IMG/VR virus record: IMGVR_UViG_3300022555_000004
DNA from: a virus
Lineage: Duplodnaviria; Caudoviricetes
Reading direction: 5' to 3' (one strand)
DNA: 64,000 nucleotides
A program made the position numbers and the translations under genes. Of this stretch, positions 18,507-27,834 are shown one piece after another. The notes beneath the pieces are model-generated. The model saw only the letters and a program-made list of their open reading frames with translations. It made no database searches and was not told the origin of the DNA. Within the stretch, counting starts at the first letter, position 1; each line of letters starts with the position of its first letter.

Positions 18507-18565
18507 GTATAATTATTCCTTACTTCTGTTCTTATACTACACTATTTATAATAGTTTGTCAAGTA

Positions 18566-18880
18566 TTATTTTTTTGTTGTTGCTTTGGCTGCCTTTCTTG
18601 CCTTAGCTGCTTTCTTAGACGCCTTCAAAGGATTCAGTTTCTTTTCATCCTTCTGAACAATAACGATCTTGACGGTACATAATGGGCATCGACCATCAAT
18701 CCATTTTGCTTCCGGTTTCATATATGCCCTGCAATATGTAATGTTATCATAAACATCAACATTTTTACATCCTTCGCATTTATCAATAACCGGACTACAA
18801 AAACCGTCTGGAAAATTACATTTTCCATTTTGCATAAACGGACAACGAACGCCCTTTCTGATTGTATCACATTTTTTCAT
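18566..18880 (-). CDS. PxxKW-type cysteine-rich protein
   Basis: Eight Cys, PEAKW, C-terminal KLNPLKASK(K)AA; matches my recollection of a Desulfobacterota family. Confidence 0.75.
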   Translation of the reverse strand: MKKCDTIRKGVRCPFMQNGKCNFPDGFCSPVIDKCEGCKNVDVYDNITYCRAYMKPEAKWIDGRCPLCTVKIVIVQKDEKKLNPLKASKKAAKARKAAKATTKK

Positions 18881-18909
18881 TTCATATTTCTCCTAATGAA
18901 ACAGATGAC

Positions 18910-19368
18910 TTATTTATCAATTTTTTTATATAATTCATCTAAACCCTTACAAAAATCATCGTTCATTCTTGTAATATCTCTGTCTAATGTGTCATATGAA
19001 TCATCCATTTTATCGTTCAAATTATTCTCAACTAATTCAAGTTGACGATGTATTGCATCAGCATTATCATTGATTTGACGATTTAATATATCAACATTAT
19101 CATTGATTTTACGATTTAATATATCAATATCATCATTGATTTTACGATAAACTTTTTCATCATTCGACTCAATTTGAGTATACATGTCATAAATTCGTCT
19201 GCCAATATCGGTATTATCATTAGCAATATCAGTGCGCATTTGCTGTATCTGTTCTTTCAATTTGGTTATTTTATTGAATAGTTTATAGATACCAAGTATC
19301 GCAAACACAATAAACACCAACACAACCATTACAAAACCTAAACCTAACATAAATTCATACATTTTCAA
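18910..19368 (-). CDS. Membrane-anchored coiled-coil protein with 11-aa repeats
   Basis: N-terminal TM; RKINDDIDILN/RKINDNVDILN/RQINDNADAIH repeats (33-bp DNA repeats). Confidence 0.75.
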   Translation of the reverse strand: MKMYEFMLGLGFVMVVLVFIVFAILGIYKLFNKITKLKEQIQQMRTDIANDNTDIGRRIYDMYTQIESNDEKVYRKINDDIDILNRKINDNVDILNRQINDNADAIHRQLELVENNLNDKMDDSYDTLDRDITRMNDDFCKGLDELYKKIDK

Positions 19369-19391
19369 ATCCTCCTATACATTTTATTTTT

Positions 19392-19465
19392 TGGAGCAGA
19401 TAGCCGGACTCGCACCGGCCTCTTTGGCTTGGAAGGCCAAGGCACAACTTCTATACCATACCTGC
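19392..19465 (-). tRNA. tRNA-Gly (TCC)
   Basis: UUGGC-CU-UCC-AA-GCCAA; T loop UGCGAGU; CCA. Confidence 0.9.
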
Positions 19466-19472
19466 ATATTTC

Positions 19473-19547
19473 TGGTAGGACGTAGTGGAATCGAACCACT
19501 TCGTTATAGGGTGTAAACCTATCGCTTTCCCATTGAGCTAACATCCC
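19473..19547 (-). tRNA. tRNA-Val (TAC)
   Basis: AUAGG-UU-UAC-AC-CCUAU; CCA. Confidence 0.9.
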
Positions 19548-19556
19548 ATATATTTT

Positions 19557-19636
19557 TGGTACGCCTGGAGGGAGTTGAACTCTCATGTTTCCAGTTAACC
19601 TTTCAATTCGTTCGTAGCGAAAGGGTATACAGGCGC
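19557..19636 (-). tRNA. D-arm-less tRNA-Arg (ACG)-like RNA
   Basis: Acceptor GCGCCUG/CAGGCGU-ACCA and T arm intact; UUCG-CU-ACG-AA-CGAA follows the acceptor almost directly. Confidence 0.6.
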
Positions 19637-19753
19637 ATATTTATTATTTTAACCACATCCACCATTTGTTCATTTGATCTCGGTTCTCACTCAATCGAAA
19701 CCATAACAATAATTGTATTTTATATCAATCTACCACTGAAATATGGCGGAATA

Positions 19754-19981
19754 TTATTCGTCTTCATCCTCTGGATAACCGTCTTTCATAACTGATAATT
19801 CATCAATTCGATCTGTAACCATATCAAGTAATTGTTCAATATATTCAATTATTTCTGGTGTAATAATTTCTGTGTCAATATCTTTGAGAAATTTATCAAC
19901 ATCCTTTTCTGAATATAGGTCATACAAATTTTCTAAGATTGTATCCTCAACAACCCCTCTCACATTTTCAACAAAATCCAT
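19754..19981 (-). CDS. Acidic hypothetical protein
   Basis: GGAGGG RBS. Confidence 0.7.
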   Translation of the reverse strand: MDFVENVRGVVEDTILENLYDLYSEKDVDKFLKDIDTEIITPEIIEYIEQLLDMVTDRIDELSVMKDGYPEDEDE

Positions 19982-20010
19982 TATTATCCCTCCAACATTA
20001 TTTTATATTT

Positions 20011-20085
20011 TGGCAGCCGTGTTTTGAATCGAACAAAATTCTCTTGGGTCAAAGCCAAGCATAATAGCCATTATACGACACAGCC
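20011..20085 (-). tRNA. tRNA-Gln (TTG)
   Basis: CUUGG-CU-UUG-AC-CCAAG; CCA. Confidence 0.9.
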
Positions 20086-20091
20086 TTATTT

Positions 20092-20167
20092 TGGTGCTGC
20101 TTCAGGGAGTTGCACCCCATTCTCATGTTCTTCAAACATACGCTATCACTGGACTAGCTCAAGCAGC
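20092..20167 (-). tRNA. tRNA-Phe (GAA)
   Basis: UAUGU-UU-GAA-GA-ACAUG; T loop UGCAACU; CCA. Confidence 0.85.
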
Positions 20168-20176
20168 ATATATTTT

Positions 20177-20252
20177 TGGCACCCCTAGTAGGACTCGAAC
20201 CTACATATGAACTGTTTAGAAGACAGTTGCCTATCCATTAGGCTATAGGGGC
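20177..20252 (-). tRNA. tRNA-Arg (TCT)
   Basis: ACUGU-CU-UCU-AA-ACAGU; canonical; CCA. Confidence 0.93.
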
Positions 20253-20258
20253 ATATTT

Positions 20259-20492
20259 TTAAAATATAGAATCATCCAATTCAATTATGAAAACAGGCGA
20301 CACTGTAAACCCATATGCTCGTAACTGACTGACTTGTAACAATTCTAAATCTATTTTGACACTTTTATCTGATCGCATATTATCACATATATCTTTTGTT
20401 TCTCTAAGACCCCATCCTGTAACGGCCCGCATGTCTTTTATGGATTGAATAAAGATATGGTCAATATCATTTTTTGATATATTATATAACAT
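20259..20492 (-). CDS. Ribosomal bL12 C-terminal-domain-like protein
   Basis: IQSIKDMRAVTGWGLRETKDICD resembles IK.VR..TGLGLKEAKD; ends IIELDDSIF*. Confidence 0.6.
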   Translation of the reverse strand: MLYNISKNDIDHIFIQSIKDMRAVTGWGLRETKDICDNMRSDKSVKIDLELLQVSQLRAYGFTVSPVFIIELDDSIF

Positions 20493-20493
20493 A

Positions 20494-20817
20494 TTACTTT
20501 CCCATATATTTAGTTGATGTCCAAAATCTTTTAGCACTTTTCATTGCTTGTTCTATGTTTCTGCGACCAACCGGATTTGATGAATGAACATCCCAAGTCA
20601 TCGGTTCAATATCACCATCATGCGCCCATTTTTCAATGACACGAGCAATGTCATATCCTGTGTCCATACCATTGTTACTTTCAGAACCTAAATCATGGTC
20701 AAATGAAATATGGGTAATTTTTTCAGTGTTCAAAATAGTAATTGCATCATCATATGATTTAGCCCAAACATCATAATCATGAGGCATTTTCCTTATGTCA
20801 TCAATCCAAAGTTTCAC
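20494..20817 (-). CDS. Cyclic-phosphate-processing receiver-like domain protein
   Basis: KLWIDD.R, ISFDHDLG, TGYDIA, VHSSNPVG motifs. Confidence 0.8.
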   Translation of the reverse strand: MKLWIDDIRKMPHDYDVWAKSYDDAITILNTEKITHISFDHDLGSESNNGMDTGYDIARVIEKWAHDGDIEPMTWDVHSSNPVGRRNIEQAMKSAKRFWTSTKYMGK

Positions 20818-20849
20818 TTTTATCCTTTTTTATTTATACTATCATATTT

Positions 20850-21965
20850 TTAAGGAATAGTCAATACGTCTTTTATTTTATTTATAACCATTTCAGGTGT
20901 TATGTTCAATGAACATTCTGGAACATCAATCCAATTTGGCGCCCAATCAACTCTATGTTTTTTATCACAAGAACCACTTTCTTGTTTTTTCCAAGTGTAA
21001 CAACCGAAACACGTTCCTTCCGTGTGATTATATACAAAATGTAATGGAAAATCTGTATCCATCCATGTATTAGTTGAAATACATATTGTAGGTGTGTTTG
21101 TTGCTGTACCTACACATATTGCTGCCGTTGCGGCGCCGACCATACAATCGGCATATTTGATGTATCTAGCCATTTCAGAAATAGATAATCCGGTTCTATC
21201 AATAATACCATCACCGACAAGATTTGTCGGTTCATTGGAAATAGGTATAACCTTATACCCATTTTCCATAAGGAAATTGGCAACCGTTTGCCATCCCATT
21301 GGATACAACCAATTCTTTTCAAAATTTGACAAACCATATTCAGTCAGACAAACATATTTACCATCAACATCTGGCCGTGTATCATCATAATCAATTCTCA
21401 ATTGTTGTGGTTGATATTTCAATCCAAGACATTGCAACACTGCTTGTTGTGGTGTTGTATATCGTGGATATTTACCATCCCAAAATACAGAATCATATAT
21501 TTGTAATGAAGGTTCATAAACAGCATACACACCTTCATTTATAAGTTTTGCATATTCCGTTGTAAAAAATATGTTAGGATATGATTTACACACTGCATTT
21601 ATATATTCTATCCGTGAACACTGAACAATCAATCGACAGTTATGTTTTACTCTAAACATTTCAAAAACTGGCATCCAACATAGAAAATCGCCAAGTGTTG
21701 TATATGGATACGCAATAATAACACGTTGACCTGATAGGTCTAACGTATGTTGCCATAAAATAGAATTATCTAAAGTTGTTATCTTGATATACCATTTTAT
21801 AAACTGTTTTTGATCGGCAGAAGCCCATGTACTAGGAGTAAGAGTTGTTTCATATCGAACACCATTTGTATCCAAATCAATAAACTGAACCTTTACAGGT
21901 GGATCATCTTTAGTACCAATATATTCTAAACACGCTCCTAAATGAAAATTATACCTGAATTTCAC
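20850..21965 (-). CDS. TibC/Aah-like (GT9-related) glycosyltransferase
   Basis: LSGQRV..LGD.L.WMP, K.WLYP.GWQTV..FL, C-terminal CFGC...C...C cluster. Confidence 0.7.
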   Translation of the reverse strand: MKFRYNFHLGACLEYIGTKDDPPVKVQFIDLDTNGVRYETTLTPSTWASADQKQFIKWYIKITTLDNSILWQHTLDLSGQRVIIAYPYTTLGDFLCWMPVFEMFRVKHNCRLIVQCSRIEYINAVCKSYPNIFFTTEYAKLINEGVYAVYEPSLQIYDSVFWDGKYPRYTTPQQAVLQCLGLKYQPQQLRIDYDDTRPDVDGKYVCLTEYGLSNFEKNWLYPMGWQTVANFLMENGYKVIPISNEPTNLVGDGIIDRTGLSISEMARYIKYADCMVGAATAAICVGTATNTPTICISTNTWMDTDFPLHFVYNHTEGTCFGCYTWKKQESGSCDKKHRVDWAPNWIDVPECSLNITPEMVINKIKDVLTIP

Positions 21966-21975
21966 TACTTCACCG

Positions 21976-22239
21976 TTATTCGATACCCAAATATTTTAAT
22001 AATTGTTTTCCTAAAAATTTTCTTCGTGCTAATGTAACACGGTCATTGGTATGCCGTAATGCTTTATGTGATTCGACAAGCAATTCCAATAAAATTTCAT
22101 CGGGATATTTGTCATCACCGATACCTAACGACCTAATATATTTTCTAACCAATAACATTTTCATCATCCTTCCAATCATCGTTTTCATTACACATTTTAC
22201 ACATATCCCACAATAACGACATTTCAAATCCAATTTCAT
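21976..22239 (-). CDS. Hypothetical protein (start uncertain)
   Basis: ORF track; likely starts further downstream. Confidence 0.5.
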   Translation of the reverse strand: MKLDLKCRYCGICVKCVMKTMIGRMMKMLLVRKYIRSLGIGDDKYPDEILLELLVESHKALRHTNDRVTLARRKFLGKQLLKYLGIE

Positions 22240-22513
22240 CAGCTGTCATAGGAACATCATAATCAGGATGGTCTTTTGGATGCGTAAGAATATATGTATC
22301 TTCGTGATTTATTTCAATATCACCCTTACCTAGATACAAACAATAACCATAATTCTGATCATTGACTTCTTTATCATCAATTTCTTTTCTGTTTTTCCAA
22401 TATGGGCATTTACCAATTACTTCAAGGCGCCCGTTATCTTTCATTTTTAGTGATTCATAACAATACATTCCTTTTGGTATTAACGATTTATCCATACTGT
22501 TCCTTTCTATCAA
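22145..22513 (-). CDS. Cys-rich hypothetical protein
   Basis: IPKGMYCY...CPYW...YCLYL...LLWDMCKMC pattern. Confidence 0.7.
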   Translation of the reverse strand: MIERNSMDKSLIPKGMYCYESLKMKDNGRLEVIGKCPYWKNRKEIDDKEVNDQNYGYCLYLGKGDIEINHEDTYILTHPKDHPDYDVPMTADEIGFEMSLLWDMCKMCNENDDWKDDENVIG

Positions 22514-22514
22514 T

Positions 22515-23213
22515 TTAAAATAATTTAACTATACGACAAATAGTTGATTTTGCCACATTTAGTTGTTTTCTTATTTCATGTTGTTTCATACCATTGTCTA
22601 TCATTTGTTTTACGAGATTGATATCAACAGGTTTTGATGTTTTTCGTATTTCTTTAGTGTAAATCATATCCTTATTTTTTTCAAACTTTTCAATATCTAC
22701 ATGTTGTAATTGATGACAATTTGAACATAGAACCGAACATTTATTTAATTCATTTTTTATACTTTTTTCAATATCATCAATGGTATCCCATCGTTTTATA
22801 TTAGTTACATCGCCAATGTTAAATAATTTATCATCTTTATGATGAAATTCCAACGCCTTGTTGCATTTATTATATCCGCATATTTCGCATTTAAAAATAT
22901 CTTTAAATATCAGACAGATTATTTTATTTGTTCTGTCACGATTTTGTATTTCATAATTATAATGTTCTTCTATATGACAGTTTCCACATAATAATATACA
23001 TTTTTTGGCTTCTTTTTTTATGTTAGATAAACTCAAAGAAAATCTAATTCCGTGTGTGCCCATTTTGGTATCTTTGTCATTTTTATTGACATGATGAAAT
23101 TCTAATAGGTGAATATTTGTTTCACCACAAACGGTGCATTTTCCACCAAGTTCGTTAATTACTTCAATCCTTTTTACCCATCTATTAATATATTCATTTT
23201 CACGTTTTGTCAT
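22515..23213 (-). mobile_element. Tandem-HNH endonuclease with C-terminal HTH
   Basis: Two C..CG...LEFHH...KC..LC.NCH modules; free-standing next to tRNAs. Confidence 0.85.
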
Positions 23214-23290
23214 AAGTTCAAATCCTCTAATAATATTATTTATTAAAATGCTTGAACTTTGTATTCATTAGTTATGATAATATTATAAAA

Positions 23291-23380
23291 TGCGGAAGAA
23301 CGGGGAATCGAACCCCGACTGCTGTTTAGACAGTTTTGTTTAGCAAACAAACGTAACAAACCAATATTTACCTTTCTTCC
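23291..23380 (-). tRNA. tRNA-Ser (GCT)
   Basis: UUUGU-UU-GCU-AA-ACAAA; long variable arm. Confidence 0.9.
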
Positions 23381-23386
23381 ATATTT

Positions 23387-23475
23387 TGGCGGCAGGAACA
23401 GGTTTCGCACCTGCATCCGTGATTAGCGGCGACACTTTTCAAGAGTGCTTGGCCCTCTATACTGCCCATCCTGCC
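23387..23475 (-). tRNA. tRNA-Ser (TGA)
   Basis: GCACU-CU-UGA-AA-AGUGU; long variable arm; GCCA. Confidence 0.88.
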
Positions 23476-23740
23476 ATATATTTTATACTTCACGATAATT
23501 GAAAACTAATCCTTCCCCTCTAAGGAATTTGCTATATTGCCTTGCGGGGCCCAAATCAATGTGTGAAGTCGTTTTCTTTCCATGTTTGCTCTGTATCTTG
23601 TTAGGCAAACCGATTTTTGTATATTTGTCCATAAATTCAGCATTTCCTAATGCTCTCTCTCTTTCAACGTTACAACTTTTGCCTTAACTGCCTTAGCAGG
23701 TGCTTGGATAATTCTTTCCATTATTTATATTTCCTTTCAA

Positions 23741-23935
23741 TTATTCTGTCATGTGTTCAACAACTTTTGTGATAATACCCACAACCAATGCCACTGGAAG
23801 ATAAATCCAGAACAAAAACATCATCAATTCAGTAGCTTGTACCCTAACTAAAATTTGATAAAGTAAATAAAACCAAATAGGCATAGTTACTAAAAATCCT
23901 AAGATAGAGCTAACCACTTTCAATTTATTTTTCAT
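23741..23935 (-). CDS. Small two-TM membrane protein
   Basis: Hydrophobic; RBS. Confidence 0.7.
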   Translation of the reverse strand: MKNKLKVVSSILGFLVTMPIWFYLLYQILVRVQATELMMFLFWIYLPVALVVGIITKVVEHMTE

Positions 23936-23995
23936 ACGCTTCCTTTCATCTTTTTATAATATACCAGACTTTTCATATTTTGTCAAATAAAATAT

Positions 23996-24070
23996 TGGTA
24001 GGGATGGCCGGACTTGCACCGGCACTGTACACGGTTTAAGCGTGTTGACTCTGCATTGGCCTACATCCCC
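23996..24070 (-). tRNA. tRNA-Leu (TAA), short variable loop
   Basis: ACACG-CU-UAA-AC-CGUGU; CCA. Confidence 0.85.
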
Positions 24071-24078
24071 ATTTATTT

Positions 24079-24156
24079 TGGTAGCCGAAGAAGGATTTGC
24101 ACCTTCAAAAATCTTAATTTTGAGTTAAGAATGTCTGCTAGTTGCATCATTCGGCC
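24079..24156 (-). tRNA. tRNA-Leu (CAA), short variable loop
   Basis: CUUAA-CU-CAA-AA-UUAAG; CCA. Confidence 0.85.
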
Positions 24157-24304
24157 TTATATTCAATCAATTTCGGTTGTTCATTATACTCAGCATTACA
24201 AACCATTGATATTCTTTGTAATAATTTGTAATAATCGTCCGGTTTCAATTGTTTTTTCAACTCATGTATATGTAGTATAATTTTCTTAATTTGTAAATCA
24301 ATCA

Positions 24305-25036
24305 TTATACCTCGGAACCCGCCGGCAACGCTTTGTCAAACAGGGTATCTAAATCCAATTCAACCAATTCTGCCGTTCCATCCTCAATAGATTTCATTTG
24401 TTCGTTCATTTCGTTCATTTCTCTATCACGATCTTCTGGTGTGCCAACAAAGGAAAGTTCCCAAATAATACTACGAATAAAATCATATAAATTCAAATAG
24501 CCCTGTTCCATACCATTGTAAGTTTTTTCGTCAATAATTTTATATTTGTCAAATGTTGTAATTCTAGTCACATCTGGCTCAATGATTAGTGGAACATCAA
24601 GTAATTTGCCCAATGGTGTAAATTCAATAGCATACCGAACAACCCCTTTTTCATCAGAACCAACACCATCAAATTCAATGTAATTATCGTATTCAGTTAC
24701 TTTTCCGTTTGTATCTAATTCAATGTTATTTATTCGTCCTACACAAAGATGTGTCAGTCCACAAATACATTCATCTGTTTTTGTTTGATAATATTCATCA
24801 ATAAAAAATGGGAAAAAGTTATCAAGACGGATAAAGTCAGGATTATTTATAATCATAAGAAAATAATCTCTCAATTTATATCCAACTTCTAATTCAATAA
24901 TATTATACTGTAATGCGTGAAAAATATTATTGGTAACAATAGGGGCAATAACAATCACACCACTATCAGTTTTGTCATCATATACCCATTTTCTAGTATA
25001 TATTTTACCACCTTTTTTTAAAATTAATCCATCCAT
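24305..25036 (-). CDS. Hypothetical protein
   Basis: 243-aa ORF with RBS. Confidence 0.8.
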   Translation of the reverse strand: MDGLILKKGGKIYTRKWVYDDKTDSGVIVIAPIVTNNIFHALQYNIIELEVGYKLRDYFLMIINNPDFIRLDNFFPFFIDEYYQTKTDECICGLTHLCVGRINNIELDTNGKVTEYDNYIEFDGVGSDEKGVVRYAIEFTPLGKLLDVPLIIEPDVTRITTFDKYKIIDEKTYNGMEQGYLNLYDFIRSIIWELSFVGTPEDRDREMNEMNEQMKSIEDGTAELVELDLDTLFDKALPAGSEV

Positions 25037-25046
25037 ATTTTACCCC

Positions 25047-25430
25047 TTATTTTAGTATAATTCCTTTGTCTAATATCAAATTACATTCTTCCATAGCAGT
25101 CATAGAGTTCATATCCCATACGGCGACAGCACGATAGTAATCAAATCCTGATAGTCTATTTTTCAACCATACAAAACCACCTACACATGAATATAATTCT
25201 ATATCTTCTCTGGTGCTGACGACCCAATAAAGATCATCTTCATATTGGTCTGTCCATCCTAAAAGTTTTACAACTTTAAAGGGCGAATCATACACCAATT
25301 CGTTTCGATGTTTATTTACATCACGTTGAATTGTCTTGTCGTTATCCCATCCAAGGGCTTTATTTATATAGTGTTCCATTCTTCTCTTTGGCTGTTCAAT
25401 ACACTTCCAATAAAAATCTAATTTATCCAT
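25047..25430 (-). CDS. Hypothetical protein
   Basis: Stop-start overlap with upstream gene. Confidence 0.75.
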   Translation of the reverse strand: MDKLDFYWKCIEQPKRRMEHYINKALGWDNDKTIQRDVNKHRNELVYDSPFKVVKLLGWTDQYEDDLYWVVSTREDIELYSCVGGFVWLKNRLSGFDYYRAVAVWDMNSMTAMEECNLILDKGIILK

Positions 25431-26134
25431 TATACTTTACCTCTGAAAGATGTTTTCAAATCAAAGCCATGCCCCATGATTTTATACTTATCGTCAATCT
25501 TTATTTCAGGCATCATATCAGGTGATTCCTTCATTACATTACCCACGAAATAAGACAAGTGTTGATACATTTCATTTGCTGATATAAATGAAGCAACCCC
25601 GATTTCACCAAGTTTTGGTGTCATATCGTGTATTATGATACTGTTTCTATATGTATTGAACATGAATACAGGGGATCCAACTATTCGGCATAAAGCTATA
25701 AGTGTTTCATCTTTATGATTTATATAATCAGAATATTGTGGCCCTTTTCCCCACCAACTATATTTTGGTTCTTTGATGTCAGATTTTTTGACAAGTCTAT
25801 ATGGTTCATCTGATTTCATTTTTATTTGTGTGAAAAAAATATCACCAACAACTATACCTCTTACTTCTGGATTATAATCATTACGACCATCAAAATATGA
25901 ACCATAGAGGTCATAAGCATTTCCAACACTGTCACATCTTGTTTTCCATTGATCATCTAAAGTTGTATAGTATCGGTGTCCTTGTTGAGCATAACGTATA
26001 AATTCACGTCTAATATCAATTTGGTCAGCGATATTTTGTTTATAAGGTCTTACATAAACAATTTTTGGATCACCGCCACCGTATATATGGGCAATGTGGT
26101 CGTAATAATCGCGAAAGTTGCTTTTAATTATCAT
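25430..26134 (-). CDS. Hypothetical phage protein
   Basis: MII.SNFRDYYD N-terminus and DK.KI..HGFD.K.SFR C-terminus. Confidence 0.8.
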   Translation of the reverse strand: MIIKSNFRDYYDHIAHIYGGGDPKIVYVRPYKQNIADQIDIRREFIRYAQQGHRYYTTLDDQWKTRCDSVGNAYDLYGSYFDGRNDYNPEVRGIVVGDIFFTQIKMKSDEPYRLVKKSDIKEPKYSWWGKGPQYSDYINHKDETLIALCRIVGSPVFMFNTYRNSIIIHDMTPKLGEIGVASFISANEMYQHLSYFVGNVMKESPDMMPEIKIDDKYKIMGHGFDLKTSFRGKV

Positions 26135-26683
26135 GTTTGTTTCCCTTCTAAATATCGTTTTTTAGCATCACGCATTTTTTGTTTGGCTTCTTCTGTATGT
26201 TTTTTTCCTGTCATACCAACACGATTTTTACACATATTTTCTATATGTTTTTTTGATAAATGTCTGCCTTCTAAGCTTTTGCTTATATTATTTTTTTGCG
26301 CTGGTGTTCTTTTTTTCCCTGTTATTGCTTTTACTCTTTTTTCTACCCAACTATCGGTTTGTTTTTTGCCAATTTGTCTAATACTTTTCTTTTTATTTTG
26401 TTCATCAGAAAATTTATACCCATATGTTCCGTCACCACCCCATGTCAAGTTATACCCATTGCCTTCACTAACATGGCTATGATTTACAATAATTTTGAAT
26501 GTTTCCATCACATTCAAAACTAAAATATCATCACATTCATAAATAATTTCCCATTTAAAATTGTCGTGGCCATATTTGTTTAGAGCATTATAAAAATAGA
26601 TCGATATGCCCTCTTTATGTGTACAACATAGGTGTTGATTTTTTCTTTTCTTTAATGTTCCTGTAGTTAGTTTTTATAATCAT
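26131..26683 (-). pseudogene. 5'-truncated GIY-YIG/NUMOD3 endonuclease
   Basis: FKWEIIYECDD, GYNLTWGGDG and NUMOD3 present; GIY and YIG motifs missing; preceded by MIIKTNYR, a copy of the downstream gene start. Confidence 0.7.
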
Positions 26684-26875
26684 TTACATCATCGCTTTCT
26701 TGTTCGCTATTCCCGAATACCGAATATCTAATCGTTTTACGGTTTTTGTTTTTATATTTGTCCGGTTTTGGATGTTTACTAGCATTGTCCATGCCACCAT
26801 GCCATGGACAACGTGTACATTTACCTGTTTCATTACATACTTTTTCTTTGTAAATTCGTCTGAATGCTTTTGAAT

Positions 26876-27022
26876 TTACACATTCATCATCAAAACAAAA
26901 CCATAAACCATTGAGTGATCAACCAATGCACACCAATCTTTACTCTTATTGATTGCCATTTTATCTGTTTGACATAGAAAATCAGCAACCCAATGTATAA
27001 ACAAAATCCAATACATCAACAT
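26876..27022 (-). pseudogene. Truncated DUF3307-like membrane protein fragment
   Basis: IHWVADFLCQT..MA..K...L..H motif; only 48 aa. Confidence 0.5.
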
Positions 27023-27041
27023 GATATACTACCTTTCTATT

Positions 27042-27422
27042 TTAATTCATGTTCCGTTCAATCAAACCGAACAGGACTTTTTCAAATACCGTCAAGTCAG
27101 GCATATATTCAGATTTATAATCAACGTTGATTAATGCTTTATCACGAACATTTAGTTCATCAATAACAAGAACATCAAAACAAACCGTATTGATTGCCAA
27201 ATCATTAACTTTGTTAAAAATGGCCTTTAACGCCCGACCACGAGCGATATCCCTTCCCGTTTTCTTTACAGGCATGTCCTCATATGAACAAATCGAAATA
27301 CCACGAGCATATTCATCCCCTTTTCTAACAACACAAATCGTAACATACGGTACATTTTCACGATTCCTCAAATGATAGTAATAAATCTGGTCAACATTAT
27401 AGTTATTCGCTTTCTTCAACAT
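27042..27422 (-). CDS. Hypothetical phage protein
   Basis: RGISICS.ED...K.GR.IA.GRA pattern. Confidence 0.75.
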   Translation of the reverse strand: MLKKANNYNVDQIYYYHLRNRENVPYVTICVVRKGDEYARGISICSYEDMPVKKTGRDIARGRALKAIFNKVNDLAINTVCFDVLVIDELNVRDKALINVDYKSEYMPDLTVFEKVLFGLIERNMN

Positions 27423-27531
27423 TTTAATTTCCTTTCTTTTTTCTCTTTATTGTATCCTAAAATTGTGTAATTGTCAACATATATTTTGAATAAAGGAATG
27501 CCCTAGTTCAGACCAACTAGGGCATTCAATT

Positions 27532-27834
27532 TTATTTTTTAATGAAAAACATTTTATTCAGTCTTCGTTTGAACATTTTTCTAATAGACTTTGTTGTAGT
27601 CAAATATGTTCCAACACCACAACCAACCACATAACAAGCAAATCCAATATAGTCTTCATTCTTAATAATAAGCCAAGTTGAAGCCATACTAACCGTAGTC
27701 AACAGAATTGTATATACAGTTGCTTGTACATTTTTGAAAGCGTTTGTGGCCTGTATTTGTAAGCATAAAAGAATATCTATTACAAATCCAAATCCGAATA
27801 AACCCAAACACATCAATATTGTATTCTTTACCAT
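27532..27834 (-). CDS. Small multi-TM membrane protein
   Basis: Three hydrophobic segments; GAGGGG RBS. Confidence 0.75.
   Translation of the reverse strand: MVKNTILMCLGLFGFGFVIDILLCLQIQATNAFKNVQATVYTILLTTVSMASTWLIIKNEDYIGFACYVVGCGVGTYLTTTKSIRKMFKRRLNKMFFIKK

Noticed and set aside
18910-19368. 33-bp repeats as a mobile or regulatory element
   Set aside because: They are in-frame 11-aa coiled-coil repeats inside an ordinary membrane-anchored protein.
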